From Candidatus Eiseniibacteriota bacterium (GTDB lineage Bacteria > Eisenbacteria > RBG-16-71-46 > SZUA-252), in contig DASTKG010000143.1 of the NCBI GenBank assembly GCA_035716005.1, positions 490 to 64,489 of the forward strand: DNA of 64,000 bases. Direction: 5' to 3'. Each line of letters starts with the position of its first letter. The stretch's first letter is position 1. Positions 43,300-51,613 of this stretch are shown in pieces. The notes below the pieces were generated by a model that saw only the letters and a program-made list of their open reading frames with translations, was not told the origin of the DNA and ran no database searches. Position numbers and translations under genes: made by a program.

Positions 43300-43839
43300 A
43301 TGGCAAATAGTCGACCCGGGTCCGCAGATCTTTCAAAAGGAATGAGCCCCGTCACGATAGCTCCGCCTCGTTCCAAGCCGCTGCTTTGGCAACACCTCCA
43401 GCAGGCCCTTTTCATTTCCGAACTCAAATCCAAGCGCAAATCGTCGGCCCTCGAGGAAATGGTATCCGTCCTCGCGACCGGTGAGGTGACGCGCCATCCC
43501 GAAGGGGTGCTCGACGCGGTGCGCCGTCGCGAGGCCCTGGGGAGCACCGCGCTGGGGAAGGGAATCGCGGTCCCGCATGCGCGATCCACGCTCGTCACGG
43601 AGCGGGCCATCGTCGTCGCGCGGTCGTCCAAGGGGATCGATTTCGAGTCTCCCGACGGACTTCCGTCCAATCTCTTCTTCATGATCGTGGCGCCCCCGCT
43701 CGAGCGGGACCCCGTCTATCTCAACCTGCTCGCGGAGATCGTCCGCTCGGTCCGTCTCGCCAAGACCCGGCAACGTCTCCTCGAAGCCACCAATTTCGTC
43801 GCTCTGCGGCGAATTCTCGCCGAGGCCTCCCATGAGTGA
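43300..43839 (+). CDS. ptsN: PTS IIA-like nitrogen regulatory protein (EIIA-Ntr)
   Basis: PTS EIIA(2) domain with the phosphorylatable His context GKGIAVPHARS. An alternative start is the ATG at 43342. Confidence 0.75.
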   Translation: MANSRPGSADLSKGMSPVTIAPPRSKPLLWQHLQQALFISELKSKRKSSALEEMVSVLATGEVTRHPEGVLDAVRRREALGSTALGKGIAVPHARSTLVTERAIVVARSSKGIDFESPDGLPSNLFFMIVAPPLERDPVYLNLLAEIVRSVRLAKTRQRLLEATNFVALRRILAEASHE

Positions 43840-44191
43840 TGTGACGTTCGATCCGCTCGATGCCCTCGTTCAGCTCCAGGACGTCGACTGCCTCCTCAAG
43901 GAGCTTCGAGATCCGGAAATGGCCTCCCAGGAGGAGAAGCTCGGCTTCTCCATCGAGGGGATCTCCGGCTTGGAGCGGGCCCGGGAGCGGCTCGCGAGCC
44001 AGGTGGATGGGCGCCTTCTCCAGACCTACGAGCGGATGAGCCAGCGCTTCTTCCGGGTCATCGTCCCCATCGACGGGCGGGTCTGTTCCGGCTGCCGGAT
44101 CAACTTGCCGACCTCCTCGCTTGGCCGAAACTCCGAGGGTGCAAGCTACGATTTGTGCGAGAATTGCGGCCGAATCCTCTACCGTCGCTAG
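43832..44191 (+). CDS. zinc-ribbon domain protein (C4 type)
   Basis: C-terminal CSGC...CENC pair of CxxC motifs. It overlaps the ptsN stop by 8 nt. Confidence 0.5.
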   Translation: MSDVTFDPLDALVQLQDVDCLLKELRDPEMASQEEKLGFSIEGISGLERARERLASQVDGRLLQTYERMSQRFFRVIVPIDGRVCSGCRINLPTSSLGRNSEGASYDLCENCGRILYRR

Positions 44192-44316
44192 AAGAGTTTT
44201 CCTCGCGTCCGGGCCTCGGAATACGGTATCATGGAGGGGTGATGGGCGGGTGAGACGCGCCGGAACGCCGGCGTGGCGCCCGAGCCCGAATCGCCCGATC
44301 CGAGAGGTTCCGCACC

Positions 44317-44745
44317 ATGCGCCGCCACCTTCGCCTCGCTCTCCTGATCGTCTTCGCATCCGCACTCGCGGCCGCCGCGCCGCCGCGAATCGCCCTGGCC
44401 GCGACTCCCGATAGCCCCGAGGTCGTCGGCCCGAGCCGGATCTTCTTCGTGGACGCCGACACCGTCTTCGCCCTGGTGAGCAAGCAGTGGCTCTCGAGCG
44501 CGTCTCGGCACCAGGAGAAACTCCTCCGCACGTCGATCCGCCTCAACTACTGGCGGGATCATCTCCCATCCGAAATGCGCCGCGTCTACAACGCGCTCGG
44601 CTATCCGACCGGCCGCGTCATCGCGAACCCGGCGGGGCATTTCGAGGAGCGCTGGTACTACGGTCAGATGATGCCGCCGCTCCGCTTCCGCGACGGCGTG
44701 CTCCTCGACGAGGATCTCTTCGACCGGCTTCGCTCGGCTCGCTAG
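44317..44745 (+). CDS. hypothetical secreted protein
   Basis: Signal peptide RLALLIVFASALAAAAPPRIALA and an AGGTTCCGCACCATG RBS-like context. No recognisable domain. Confidence 0.45.
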   Translation: MRRHLRLALLIVFASALAAAAPPRIALAATPDSPEVVGPSRIFFVDADTVFALVSKQWLSSASRHQEKLLRTSIRLNYWRDHLPSEMRRVYNALGYPTGRVIANPAGHFEERWYYGQMMPPLRFRDGVLLDEDLFDRLRSAR

Positions 44746-44904
44746 CCGTCCTCCGCCACTCCAGGGTACAATCGCCGCGGGGCGCCCCTCTTCCACGTCC
44801 GTGGAAGAGGGAGGCGGCCTCGGCGCGTTCCAGGGAGCGCCGTCGGGGGACCATTGGCATCGACGACAGGGATCTCGATTTCAACGACTTCACCTAGAGT
44901 TCGC

Positions 44905-45432
44905 GTGCTTCGCGACACGATCGTGGCGCTCGGCCTCGGGTTGCTTCTCGCCGCGTGTCCGGCCGCCCTCGTCGTTCCCGCCGCCGCCACGGCGGCGCCC
45001 GCGCGCGAGGCGTCTCCCGCCGCCGCCGCGGATCTCGCGCAGGTCGACCCCGTCGAGGACCCCGGCGCTCAAGATCCCGGCGACATTCAGAGCACCGATC
45101 CCGGCGACGAGGATGACGGCGAAGAGCAGGACCCGGGCGAGGTCGGAACGCCGAACCCCATCGACCAGCCGGTGGGGAAGATGTACCCGGTGGAGCCCGA
45201 TTCGCTCCTCAAGGCAAGGACCACGCCTCCGCCCGGCGGCGGGGCGCTCGACACGCTGAAGGCGGTCTCGCCGCGTGCCGCGGCGTTCGACACGCTCAGG
45301 GCGGCGCCGAGGAAGCCGGGCGCCGCCCCGCAGGCGCCACAGCGAGGAACGATTCTCGGTCTCAGCCCCTTGATCTTCTTCGCGGGGATCCTCGCGGTCC
45401 ACGTCCTCGTCGTCAAAGCGGTGAACGAGTAA
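44905..45432 (+). CDS. hypothetical membrane-anchored acidic low-complexity protein
   Basis: A GTG start gives signal/TM TIVALGLGLLLAACPA, an acidic DPGDEDDGEEQDPGE tract and a C-terminal TM ILGLSPLIFFAGILAVHVLVV. The track ORF starts at 44854. Confidence 0.35.
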   Translation: MLRDTIVALGLGLLLAACPAALVVPAAATAAPAREASPAAAADLAQVDPVEDPGAQDPGDIQSTDPGDEDDGEEQDPGEVGTPNPIDQPVGKMYPVEPDSLLKARTTPPPGGGALDTLKAVSPRAAAFDTLRAAPRKPGAAPQAPQRGTILGLSPLIFFAGILAVHVLVVKAVNE

Positions 45433-46091
45433 TGGCGACGCCACGGCATGGAAGCCGTGAAGCCCGCGATCAGTCGCTTCGAGTTCGCTGGCAGCCGCTC
45501 GAGTTCCCGTTCCGCGAGAAGGCGGAGGAGATCCTCCGGTCGTGCGTCCGGGAGCTGGGCCTGGCCGGCGTCGTGCACGATCTGCACGTCTCGATCGACC
45601 TCGAGAACCGCGACGATCACGCCTACATCGAGTGGAACACGCACGACCATCGCGCGGCCCGCCTCGCCTTCGCGGTGGGGAATTTCGTGACGCGCGAACG
45701 GCGTCGCGCGTGGGCCCGCACCTGGGGACGCCGCGAAGGGCTTCCGAGGCTCGTGCCCCGCCAGTTCTCGCCCCGCTCCTTCGCCGAGGCGTGCCTCCAC
45801 GAGCTGAGCCACCTCAAGGACGACCACGAATCGGGCGTCGATCTCTCGTCCTGTCCCGAGCCCGATCGCGAGGCCTTCAACGAACTCTGGAACGTCTGGA
45901 TCGACGGCCGGCTCCACCGCCGCGGGCTCCCCTCGATGACGCGGGGCGAGCGCCGGCGGGTCTACGCGCGCACGCTTTCGAAGTCGCCCGGGTACGCGAA
46001 GCGCGGCGAAAGGATCTTCCGCGCGCTCTGGACCGCCGATCACCTGAGGCCCGCCGAATTGCGCGCCTACCTCGACGAACTCCGCGGATGA
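45432..46091 (+). CDS. putative zinc-dependent hydrolase with an HExxH motif (DUF45/YgjP-like, M48/SprT-like)
   Basis: ACLHELSHLKDDHESG matches the HELxHLxxxxH(S) pattern of YgjP/DUF45-type metallohydrolases. The stop overlaps the start of the downstream PP2C gene. Confidence 0.45.
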   Translation: MATPRHGSREARDQSLRVRWQPLEFPFREKAEEILRSCVRELGLAGVVHDLHVSIDLENRDDHAYIEWNTHDHRAARLAFAVGNFVTRERRRAWARTWGRREGLPRLVPRQFSPRSFAEACLHELSHLKDDHESGVDLSSCPEPDREAFNELWNVWIDGRLHRRGLPSMTRGERRRVYARTLSKSPGYAKRGERIFRALWTADHLRPAELRAYLDELRG

Positions 46092-47863
46092 CCGACCCGT
46101 CCACCATCCCGGGACCGGCGCGCCTCTCCATCCGCACCGAGGAGGAGCGGCTCCGGTTCCTCGTGCGCGCCTCGCGCGAGCTCGCCCTCCTCAAGCGCGA
46201 CGCCCTCGCGCGAAAGGCGCGCGATTTCTTCCTGGCGGCCGCGGCCTTCCACGATCTCTCGCTCTGGGTCATCGACCCGCGGACCGAGGTGCTCTATCCC
46301 TGGACGCTCGGCAACACGCCCGTCCTGGGCAGGCGCCCCCGGCTCCAGGTCGGACAGGGACTCGCGGGACAGGCGGTGGCGGAGGAGCACGCCGTCTACC
46401 ACGCCGCGCTTCCCGAGTCGCTCTATCTCGCCCCGGAGTGGGGCGGGCGGCCGCTCGCCGAACTCGGCGGCGTTCTCACGCTGCCGCTTCGCCGCGGCGG
46501 CGAGCCGTTGGGCGTGGTGACCCTTCACAGGCCGGAGCGCGCGCCCGCCGAGGAGGAGATCGCGTTCCTGTCGGAGCTGGCGGCGCAGCTCGCCATCGCG
46601 GTCGGGAACGCGCGCGTCTATTCCGAGGCGATGCGCGAGAAGGTGGAAAACCAGCTCCTCCTCGAGCTCGGCACGAAGATCTCGGGGAGTCTCGACAGCA
46701 GCCAGCTGCTCGAGCAGATCCTCGACCTCGTCTTCCAGGTGGTGCGATACGACGCGGCCGGGATCTACCTCGTCGACAAGAAGACCCAGTGGATCACGCG
46801 GCAGGCGATCCGCGGCTACGAAGCCGATCGCGACGAGGCCGTGCGGCTGAAGGTGGGGAAGGGGCTCATCGGCTGGGTGGCGAAGACCGGGCGAGGCGTC
46901 ATCGTGCCGGACGTGGCGACCGACCCGCGCTACGTGAACGCGCGTGACGAGACGAAGAGCGAGATGGTCGCCCCCATCCGGATCGGAAGCGAAGTGATCG
47001 GAGCGTTCAATCTCGAATCGGACGAGCAGGACGCCTACGAATCCGAGGACATGGAGCTCCTGATGGCGTTCGCGGCGCAGGCCGCCGTGGCCATCGAGCG
47101 GACGCGCCTCCACGAGGAGGTGCTCGAGATGCGCCGCCTCGAGGAAGAGGTGACCATCGGGCAGCGCATCCAGCGCTCCTTCCTTCCCGACCGGAATCCG
47201 GAGATCCGCCACTTCGACATCGCGGGGGCCAATTTCTCGTCGGACCTGGTGGGCGGCGATTACTACGACTTCATCCGGATCGCCGAGAATCATCTCGGGA
47301 TCGTGGTCGGGGACGTTTCGGGGAAGGGGATCGCCGCCGCGCTCATCATGGCCATGTTCCGGGCGTCGCTCATCGCCGAGATCCGGAACAACTACGCGAT
47401 CCGCACCATCATCTCGAAGGTGAACCGCCTCCTCTGGGAGAGCGTCGAGGCCGACCGCTTCGTCACCGCCATGTACGGCGTCCTCGACATCGAGGCGCGG
47501 CGCTTCACCTACGTGAACGCCGGCCACAATCCGGCGCTCCTCTGCCGCGCGGGGGGCGACCACTTCGATCAGCTCGACGCCACGGGGCCCCTCCTCGGGA
47601 CCTTCGACCACGCGACCTACAAGGAGCGGATGGTGGAGATCCGCCCGGGCGACGTTCTCGTGATCTACACCGACGGCGTGACCGAGGCGATGGATCCCGC
47701 GTACGACCTCTTCGGGGAGGAGCGCCTGCGGGAGGTGATCCAGGCGCGGCGAGGGGAATCGGCCGCGATCGTGCTCCGGGCCATCTGGGACGCCGTGAAG
47801 GCGCACCGCCAGGGGCCGCTCGACGACGATATGACGATCGTGGTCGTGAAGGGGATGCCTTAG
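46088..47863 (+). CDS. GAF-GAF-PP2C serine/threonine phosphatase (RsbU/SpoIIE-like)
   Basis: Two GAF-like regions followed by PP2C motifs (GGDYYD, GDVSGKG, YTDGVTEA). The ATG at 46088 overlaps the upstream stop. The first 180 codons of track ORF 45542..47863 are read-through. Confidence 0.8.
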   Translation: MTDPSTIPGPARLSIRTEEERLRFLVRASRELALLKRDALARKARDFFLAAAAFHDLSLWVIDPRTEVLYPWTLGNTPVLGRRPRLQVGQGLAGQAVAEEHAVYHAALPESLYLAPEWGGRPLAELGGVLTLPLRRGGEPLGVVTLHRPERAPAEEEIAFLSELAAQLAIAVGNARVYSEAMREKVENQLLLELGTKISGSLDSSQLLEQILDLVFQVVRYDAAGIYLVDKKTQWITRQAIRGYEADRDEAVRLKVGKGLIGWVAKTGRGVIVPDVATDPRYVNARDETKSEMVAPIRIGSEVIGAFNLESDEQDAYESEDMELLMAFAAQAAVAIERTRLHEEVLEMRRLEEEVTIGQRIQRSFLPDRNPEIRHFDIAGANFSSDLVGGDYYDFIRIAENHLGIVVGDVSGKGIAAALIMAMFRASLIAEIRNNYAIRTIISKVNRLLWESVEADRFVTAMYGVLDIEARRFTYVNAGHNPALLCRAGGDHFDQLDATGPLLGTFDHATYKERMVEIRPGDVLVIYTDGVTEAMDPAYDLFGEERLREVIQARRGESAAIVLRAIWDAVKAHRQGPLDDDMTIVVVKGMP

Positions 47864-48193
47864 TGCGGCGGCCCGGTTGGGCGCCAGGCGCGGAAATAAA
47901 TCGGGCGACCTGTCTCTCGACAAGCCGCCCGTCTATTTGGAAGTTCCCCGTGCAGACCGTGCTACAGACGACCTGTGGGGCTGAGGCAACCCTCCTGCGG
48001 TCCGCAGGGTCAAGCCGCCGGTGTCACATGAACGACAGGGAACTTCACAACGAGATCGCGTCTCTTTAGACTCGAAAACGAGCGAAAAGTTCCGGCGGGA
48101 ATGAATTGCCTTTCGACGACGCTGGAAGGATGATACCTAAGACGTTGGTAGATTGTCAATTGTAATTTTGAAATCGGACCTTTGGCGCCTTCC

Positions 48194-48222
48194 TTGACCG
48201 CCCCGGCACCCCCTGATATCGT
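48194..48222 (+). promoter_or_regulatory. candidate sigma70-type promoter for tRNA-Leu (TTGACC-N17-TATCGT)
   Basis: The hexamers were read directly from the sequence, ~35 nt upstream of the tRNA 5' end in a locally AT-richer region. There is no experimental support. Confidence 0.25.
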
Positions 48223-48257
48223 CGCCCGTCCAACAAGTTAGCCCCCGATCCAAGGCA

Positions 48258-48346
48258 GCCGGAGTGGTGGAACTGGCAGACACGCGGGACTCAAAATCCC
48301 GTTGGGCTCAAACCCAGTGCGGGTTCAAGTCCCGCCTCCGGCACCA
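48258..48346 (+). tRNA. tRNA-Leu (anticodon CAA), class II with a long variable arm and encoded CCA
   Basis: Manual fold: acceptor GCCGGAG/CTCCGGC, anticodon arm CGGGA-CTCAAAA-TCCCG, variable arm TGGGCTCAAACCCAGT, T-arm GCGGG-TTCAAGT-CCCGC, and a 3' ACCA tail. Confidence 0.8.
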
Positions 48347-48486
48347 AGTTGATCTACCTCGAGACCTCGCCGACCGGAAATACCGGATATCCCTACTCGG
48401 TGGGCGCACGAGGTCCGGTCTTCAGCTCGAGCTTCGAAGTCAATTTCTGGCCGGCGGAGAGAGAGGGCCTCTCGAAGGGCGCCCTC

Positions 48487-50094
48487 CTAGAACCGAATCA
48501 GCGCCACGGCCTGCCATTGGGAGGCTTCGCCGCTCTCCCCGTTTCGATTGTGCCGCGTTCCGAAGATGTACTCGATGCCGAGATCGATTCGACTCGACGG
48601 CGAAATGATGCCGTTGATCGCGAGGCGATTCGTGTAGCGGTAGGCGTCGGGGGACTGGAAGTCGAAGTTGTAGACCTTTACGTAGCTCCACAAGAAGGTC
48701 GAGTAGAAGTTCATGTTCTCGAGCGCCTCCCAGACCTTCCAGACGTGCTCCCAGGCGACGTACCACCCCAGGGCGGGGAGGGGCCTCATCTCCTGCGTCG
48801 TCGTATCGACGACGGCGTCCTGGCCGCCCAGCGACTGGAGATCGTTGATGTAGCGGGCGATCCCGACTCCGCCGTTCACCTGAAAGATCAGGCGATCCGG
48901 GATCGTCTTGATCGGGAACGGAAGGACGCCGCTCACGCTACCGCCTCCCGCCCACTTGGTGCTCACCTGTCCACTCTCGAGCTGCGCCCGGATTTGGCGA
49001 AGGACGCCAGCGAACTGGAAGTGCCCGTCCTTCTTGGCCGGGATGTAGGCGCGGGCGACCACGTCCGGGAAGAGACTCACCCCCTCGCCGCCGGTGATCG
49101 AGGCCGCCGGCTGCTCGGCGGCCACGGCGAGGCGAGTCCCCGGCTTGGGACTCCACCAATAGCGGATCTGCGGTTGGCGAATGACGTTTTCACTGCTGAC
49201 GCCCTCGAAGTCGAGGTCGTGATGGTCTGCGTTCGGATCGGAAAAGGTGGACCACGTCTGGCCCGCGATGACGCCCTTGAACTGCGCGTAGGCGTGGCGG
49301 AGGCGAAACGAGTTCGCGGTGCCCGCGAAATCTCCCTCGAAGAAGGCGCGAACCTCCTGTTTGCCGTTCGGAGTCCGGAACTCGACGTTCAACCGACTCG
49401 CGCGCGCCGAAATGTTGGTCCGCATGGCGCTGCCGGACGCGCCCACGTCGCCGACCGGGATCGAGTTCGTGAGGAATCGATCGTCGGTGCCGAGGGGATC
49501 GAGCGTCAGGACCGCCGCGGTACGGATTCGCCCACCGAACTTGATGGCGGCGTCCGTGCCCGGAATTCGGATCGAGCCGGGAAAATCCCCGGCGGCGACG
49601 ACGTCGGGTGGGAGTTCCGGCGACTTCTGAGTCGCCTCCTCGATCTGCTTGAGGCGCTTCTCGAGATCGGTCTGCAAGGCGGGGAGGCCCGATTGGCTCG
49701 ATAGCTCTTCCAGCCGCTTCTGCATCACCTCGAGTTGCTTCTGGAGCTCCTGCAGCGCCTCCTGCTGCCGCGCGATCGCCACCGATTGGCTGTCGGCGAC
49801 GGCTTGTCGCGACACGAGGAGAGACTCCTGCGCGGCAATCCGGGCCTGCTGCGACTCGATCATCGCGCGCTGGGCCTCGATCTCCTTCTGCTGGGCCGTG
49901 ACGCGGCTCGTGAGGGATGGGGCGGTGGACTTGGGCTTCGCCTTCGTGGCGGGCGCGGCGGTCGCCGGGGACGCGACGAGAAGGACGGCTCCGACCACGA
50001 TGGCCACCGCGAAGGCCAGAGCCCACGCGCCGCCCAGGCGCCACGAGGGCCTTCCCGGGCGGAGCCGGAGAGAGTGCGGGCGCGATCCGATCAT
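48487..50094 (-). CDS. outer-membrane porin with an N-terminal periplasmic coiled coil (DcaP-like)
   Basis: Signal peptide, a ~90-aa Q/E/L-rich heptad region (QQKEIEAQRAMIESQQARIAAQ...), then a beta-barrel-like body ending in ...ALIRF (C-terminal Phe). Start taken at the internal Met (MIGSRPH). Confidence 0.65.
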   Translation of the reverse strand: MIGSRPHSLRLRPGRPSWRLGGAWALAFAVAIVVGAVLLVASPATAAPATKAKPKSTAPSLTSRVTAQQKEIEAQRAMIESQQARIAAQESLLVSRQAVADSQSVAIARQQEALQELQKQLEVMQKRLEELSSQSGLPALQTDLEKRLKQIEEATQKSPELPPDVVAAGDFPGSIRIPGTDAAIKFGGRIRTAAVLTLDPLGTDDRFLTNSIPVGDVGASGSAMRTNISARASRLNVEFRTPNGKQEVRAFFEGDFAGTANSFRLRHAYAQFKGVIAGQTWSTFSDPNADHHDLDFEGVSSENVIRQPQIRYWWSPKPGTRLAVAAEQPAASITGGEGVSLFPDVVARAYIPAKKDGHFQFAGVLRQIRAQLESGQVSTKWAGGGSVSGVLPFPIKTIPDRLIFQVNGGVGIARYINDLQSLGGQDAVVDTTTQEMRPLPALGWYVAWEHVWKVWEALENMNFYSTFLWSYVKVYNFDFQSPDAYRYTNRLAINGIISPSSRIDLGIEYIFGTRHNRNGESGEASQWQAVALIRF

Positions 50095-50111
50095 GTCGCC
50101 GCTCGCGACGC

Positions 50112-51464
50112 CTAGAACATCAACGAGTAGGCGATGGCCACCGTCGATCCGGTCTGGCCGGCGGTGTAGTACCCGAAGGTGCTTCCGACCGGGCTGTGGT
50201 TCACGCCGATGTACTGGACGTTCAGGCGCGTGTCGCGGGTGTCGAACGGATACCAGTTCGAGCCGAGGATGTACTCGTTGGAGTCGCCGAAGCCCGCGTC
50301 CTCGTCGCCGTAGATCTGCGACGTGGCGACATAGACCTCCCACTTCTTCGGGATCGCGTACGCCGCCGCCTGGATGTAGAAGCCGCGGTCCTGGATCTCG
50401 GACGTGGGCACCGGTCCGTCGGCCTTGAACTTATCGAGCCACCGGATGTAGTGCTCCGCCTGGAGGAAGAAGCCGCGATGCTTCACGCCGGCGTCGACGG
50501 CGAGGACGCGATAGTCGGCGTTGGAGACCGTGACGCCGTTGGCGAGGGCGCCCGACTCGAAGAGGTTGACGCCGTCGGCGAGCTTCAGGGTCGTGTTCGT
50601 GGAGGTGCCGCTCCCCGTGAAGCTCTGCTCCGGGCTGTAGCAGTAGGAGGCACCGAATCGCGTGGCGACCTTTTCGTGCCTTTCGTAGTCGCCGTAGGCG
50701 CCGCGCGGACCGAACTCGCCCGTCGGCATGTACCAAACGGAGCCGCTCACGGTCGGATCACGGTCGAGGTCGGCCGCCTTGACGCCGAGGATGCTATTGC
50801 TGTTGCTCAGGAACGCGTTATACCAGAGGCCGCGAAACAGCTCCCCGTTCGCGTAGACCCCGGCTCCGAAGAAGGGGCGGAAGAACTCGTCGGCCATCAC
50901 CCGGTCGTTGCCGAGCCAGTAGGGGTGCGATCCGAGGAGGGATCGCGTCCCCGCGTTCCCCGCGATGCCCGCGTAGAGATTGAATTGTGGACTGAACTGA
51001 TACCCGATGTTCGCGAAGAGGGCGTCCTGATCCGTCGCGTTGACGGTCCAGAGGGTGAAGACGTAGATCAGCTTCGGATCGAACATCCACCCTTTCGCCC
51101 AGATCATGACGCGGTGCGGGTAGAGATCCTGGCGTCCATCCGTCTGACGCTGGTTTCCCAGATGGTCCGTCCAGGTCTGGGACGCGGGCGTCTGGTTGAT
51201 GTAGCGGATGAGGCCGTAGGCGCTGATGGCGAGCTCGCCGTGCTCGGTCCTCGCGACGAGGAACCCCTTGCCCGGGTCGTACGTGCCCCAGGTCTCCCGC
51301 TCCGGGAGCGTGGGTTCCTTCGCCGCCGCCACCGAGTCGGCCTTGGCCGTGATCGATGAATCGGCCTTGGCGTCCGCTCCTTCGGCCGCGGTCGGATTGG
51401 CGGCGCACAACGTCAGCGATGCGGCGAGCAGAATCCACGCATTCACTCTCATGATCCGGGTCAT
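50112..51464 (-). CDS. outer-membrane porin (beta-barrel, C-terminal Phe)
   Basis: Signal peptide, alternating amphipathic strands with aromatic girdles, and a terminal ...YSLMF. Confidence 0.6.
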   Translation of the reverse strand: MTRIMRVNAWILLAASLTLCAANPTAAEGADAKADSSITAKADSVAAAKEPTLPERETWGTYDPGKGFLVARTEHGELAISAYGLIRYINQTPASQTWTDHLGNQRQTDGRQDLYPHRVMIWAKGWMFDPKLIYVFTLWTVNATDQDALFANIGYQFSPQFNLYAGIAGNAGTRSLLGSHPYWLGNDRVMADEFFRPFFGAGVYANGELFRGLWYNAFLSNSNSILGVKAADLDRDPTVSGSVWYMPTGEFGPRGAYGDYERHEKVATRFGASYCYSPEQSFTGSGTSTNTTLKLADGVNLFESGALANGVTVSNADYRVLAVDAGVKHRGFFLQAEHYIRWLDKFKADGPVPTSEIQDRGFYIQAAAYAIPKKWEVYVATSQIYGDEDAGFGDSNEYILGSNWYPFDTRDTRLNVQYIGVNHSPVGSTFGYYTAGQTGSTVAIAYSLMF

Positions 51465-51613
51465 CCTTCCCGTCGGCCGGGACTAAGGGTCTGTGCGTCC
51501 AGATATCTCGATGAGCGAGTCAGTCCGTGCATCGGGGAATAAGGCCGTCCGCCGGGCGCCGGCGCCAACCCAGACACGCCGCGGGACCGACGGACGGCCG
51601 TTCCGAATCCTGC

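Noticed and set aside
47863-48069. 68-aa ORF immediately after the PP2C gene
   Set aside because: It sits in the AT-richer intergenic island, has no RBS, and shows no domain features. It is more likely non-coding.
48347-48486. Palindromes (AGCTCGAGCT, AGGGCGCCCT) between the tRNA and the convergent porin gene as terminators
   Set aside because: They are short perfect palindromes without loops or U-tracts. They could be restriction-site-like motifs or weak bidirectional terminators, but they are not convincing enough to annotate.
48258-48608. 114-aa + strand ORF overlapping tRNA-Leu
   Set aside because: It is a translation of the tRNA gene and the convergent intergenic region, and is not a protein gene.
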